Origin: an uncultured Desulfurococcales archaeon
Lineage (GTDB): Archaea > Thermoproteota > Thermoprotei_A > Sulfolobales > CAZFJX01
Reading direction: 5' to 3'
Length of the DNA stretch: 64,000 bases
Assembly: GCA_964519505.1 (NCBI GenBank)
Contig: CAZFJX010000002.1
Location: 72,958 to 136,957, forward strand
Position numbers and translations under genes: made by a program. The notes under the pieces were generated by a model. That model was not told the DNA's origin and searched no databases. It worked only from the letters and a program-made list of their open reading frames with translations. This document shows positions 63,248-64,000 of the stretch, in pieces (the first letter of the stretch is position 1; the number at the start of each line of letters is the position of its first letter).

Positions 63248-63757
63248 TTAAGTAAGGGCCTTACCTCCATACTTCTTTATTATCTCTAGACATAGTCTCC
63301 AAATGATGTCTCCAGCCCTATGAATATTCTCTATAGCTTTACCTCTTTTCTTAGCCCTTATTTCATTAGCATTCATTAATGCCTTACCAACGATTATGTA
63401 GCCGCTTTCACCCTCATCCTTTACCCCTACATAATTACCCTTACTAAAGTCGTCTAAACCACGTATTCCAGGTATCATAACATCGGCTCCCCTAAGTAAT
63501 GGCTTTACAGCCCCAGAATCAACTATTACTTCGGGAAGTCTTACAAATCCTTTCCTTAAAGCTATTAATGTAGGTATTACATCCCCCTTCCCCCCTCTCC
63601 TAAAGAATGCTGGTACACCATTAATGACATATATGGTGGTGTCATTAACCTTTACTTTAAATACTTGGGACTTCCTATCTAATTTCATTCCGTACCTCTC
63701 ACTGAGCTCACTAATAAGTTCCCTAGCAACCCTCTTAGATAAAGGCACTAATCTCAT
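63248..63757 (-). CDS. PUA-domain RNA-binding protein (pre-PUA + PUA)
   Basis: C-terminal PUA strings (VIVDSGAVKPLLRGADVMIPGI...GYIIVGKALM); 169 aa. Confidence 0.75.
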   Translation of the reverse strand: MRLVPLSKRVARELISELSERYGMKLDRKSQVFKVKVNDTTIYVINGVPAFFRRGGKGDVIPTLIALRKGFVRLPEVIVDSGAVKPLLRGADVMIPGIRGLDDFSKGNYVGVKDEGESGYIIVGKALMNANEIRAKKRGKAIENIHRAGDIIWRLCLEIIKKYGGKALT

Positions 63758-63910
63758 ACTAATTACCTACACCAAGTCTAAATCCCTAAGTGAGGATATT
63801 AAAGTTAAGTAATTCTCCTAAGGGACTAATCGTTTTTGGAGACAAATTTTTAAGTAAGTAGAAGTAGGTTAATTTGGTTGTGGGATTAGGTCTGTTAACG
63901 GTGATTAATA

Positions 63911-64000
63911 ATGGTGGAGACCGCACATAAGGTATTAAGTGAGTCTTTAGGCTCTAACGTATTGGTTAAGTTAAAAGGTGGTAGGGAGTTAAGAGGTAAG
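63911..64000 (+). CDS. Sm-like (LSm/SmAP) protein, 5' fragment running off the window
   Basis: My own translation [30 protein letters not shown] matches the Sm1 motif start ([11 protein letters not shown]). Truncated by the window end. Confidence 0.7.
   Translation, partial: MVETAHKVLSESLGSNVLVKLKGGRELRGK

Noticed and set aside
62996-63289. ORFs 62996-63193 (minus) and 63089-63289 (plus) from the six-frame track.
   Set aside because: Both are open only because they run through the GC-rich tRNA-Ser gene. The translations are Gly/Pro/Arg-rich low-complexity and have no start context.
1-64000. Searched by eye for CRISPR arrays, long tandem or terminal inverted repeats, and transposase, integrase or other mobile-element genes.
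   Set aside because: I found no regularly spaced repeats of 24 bp or more and no transposase- or integrase-like translation in any tracked ORF. The window looks like core chromosome. A computational repeat search (for example self-dotplot, CRISPRCasFinder) would be needed to be certain.

Overview
The window is a gene-dense, AT-rich stretch of archaeal chromosome, about 90% coding. An intron-containing tRNA, GC-rich small-RNA islands and the gene content point to a hyperthermophilic member of the Thermoproteota (Crenarchaeota); that assignment is inference. Most genes are housekeeping or energy metabolism. They include glnA, nadE, pyrB, a DtxR-regulated Mn/Zn-type ABC importer, and a four-gene group-3b sulfhydrogenase (hydBGDA) with dispersed maturation genes (hypA plus an Mrp/MinD-type partner, hypD, hypE). 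Also present are glutamate dehydrogenase, tungsten aldehyde:ferredoxin oxidoreductase with its radical-SAM maturase, the ADP-forming acetyl-CoA synthetase alpha subunit, ValRS, CysRS, TrkHA, PiT plus a PhoU-like protein, and the archaeal HMG-CoA synthase/thiolase/DUF35 operon. I found no CRISPR array, transposase or integrase.

The strongest candidate for a new system lies at about 6.5-11 kb. Two tandem paralogous secreted proteins there carry a SipW-type (TasA/AbpA-like) N-terminus. They sit next to an unusually large 779-aa fusion of a polytopic membrane domain, an S26 signal peptidase and a bitopic C-terminal domain, with a divergent wHTH regulator alongside. This looks like a dedicated surface-fibre or bundling-pilus module.

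Other items worth a second look:
- a translationally coupled NurA-like/HerA-like pair without mre11-rad50 (39.0-42.0 kb)
- a kinase-fold protein lacking both catalytic Asp residues
- a ValRS with degenerate HIGH and KMSKS signatures
- an untracked 52-aa RHH gene with an upstream palindrome
- a three-half-site operator-like element between an AbrB-PhoU regulator and the hydrogenase operon
- two candidate C/D-box sRNAs
- a GC-rich structured island of unknown function
- a 115-codon open frame with no canonical start codon

All functional calls rest on motif-level reading of the supplied translations. No database search was run.
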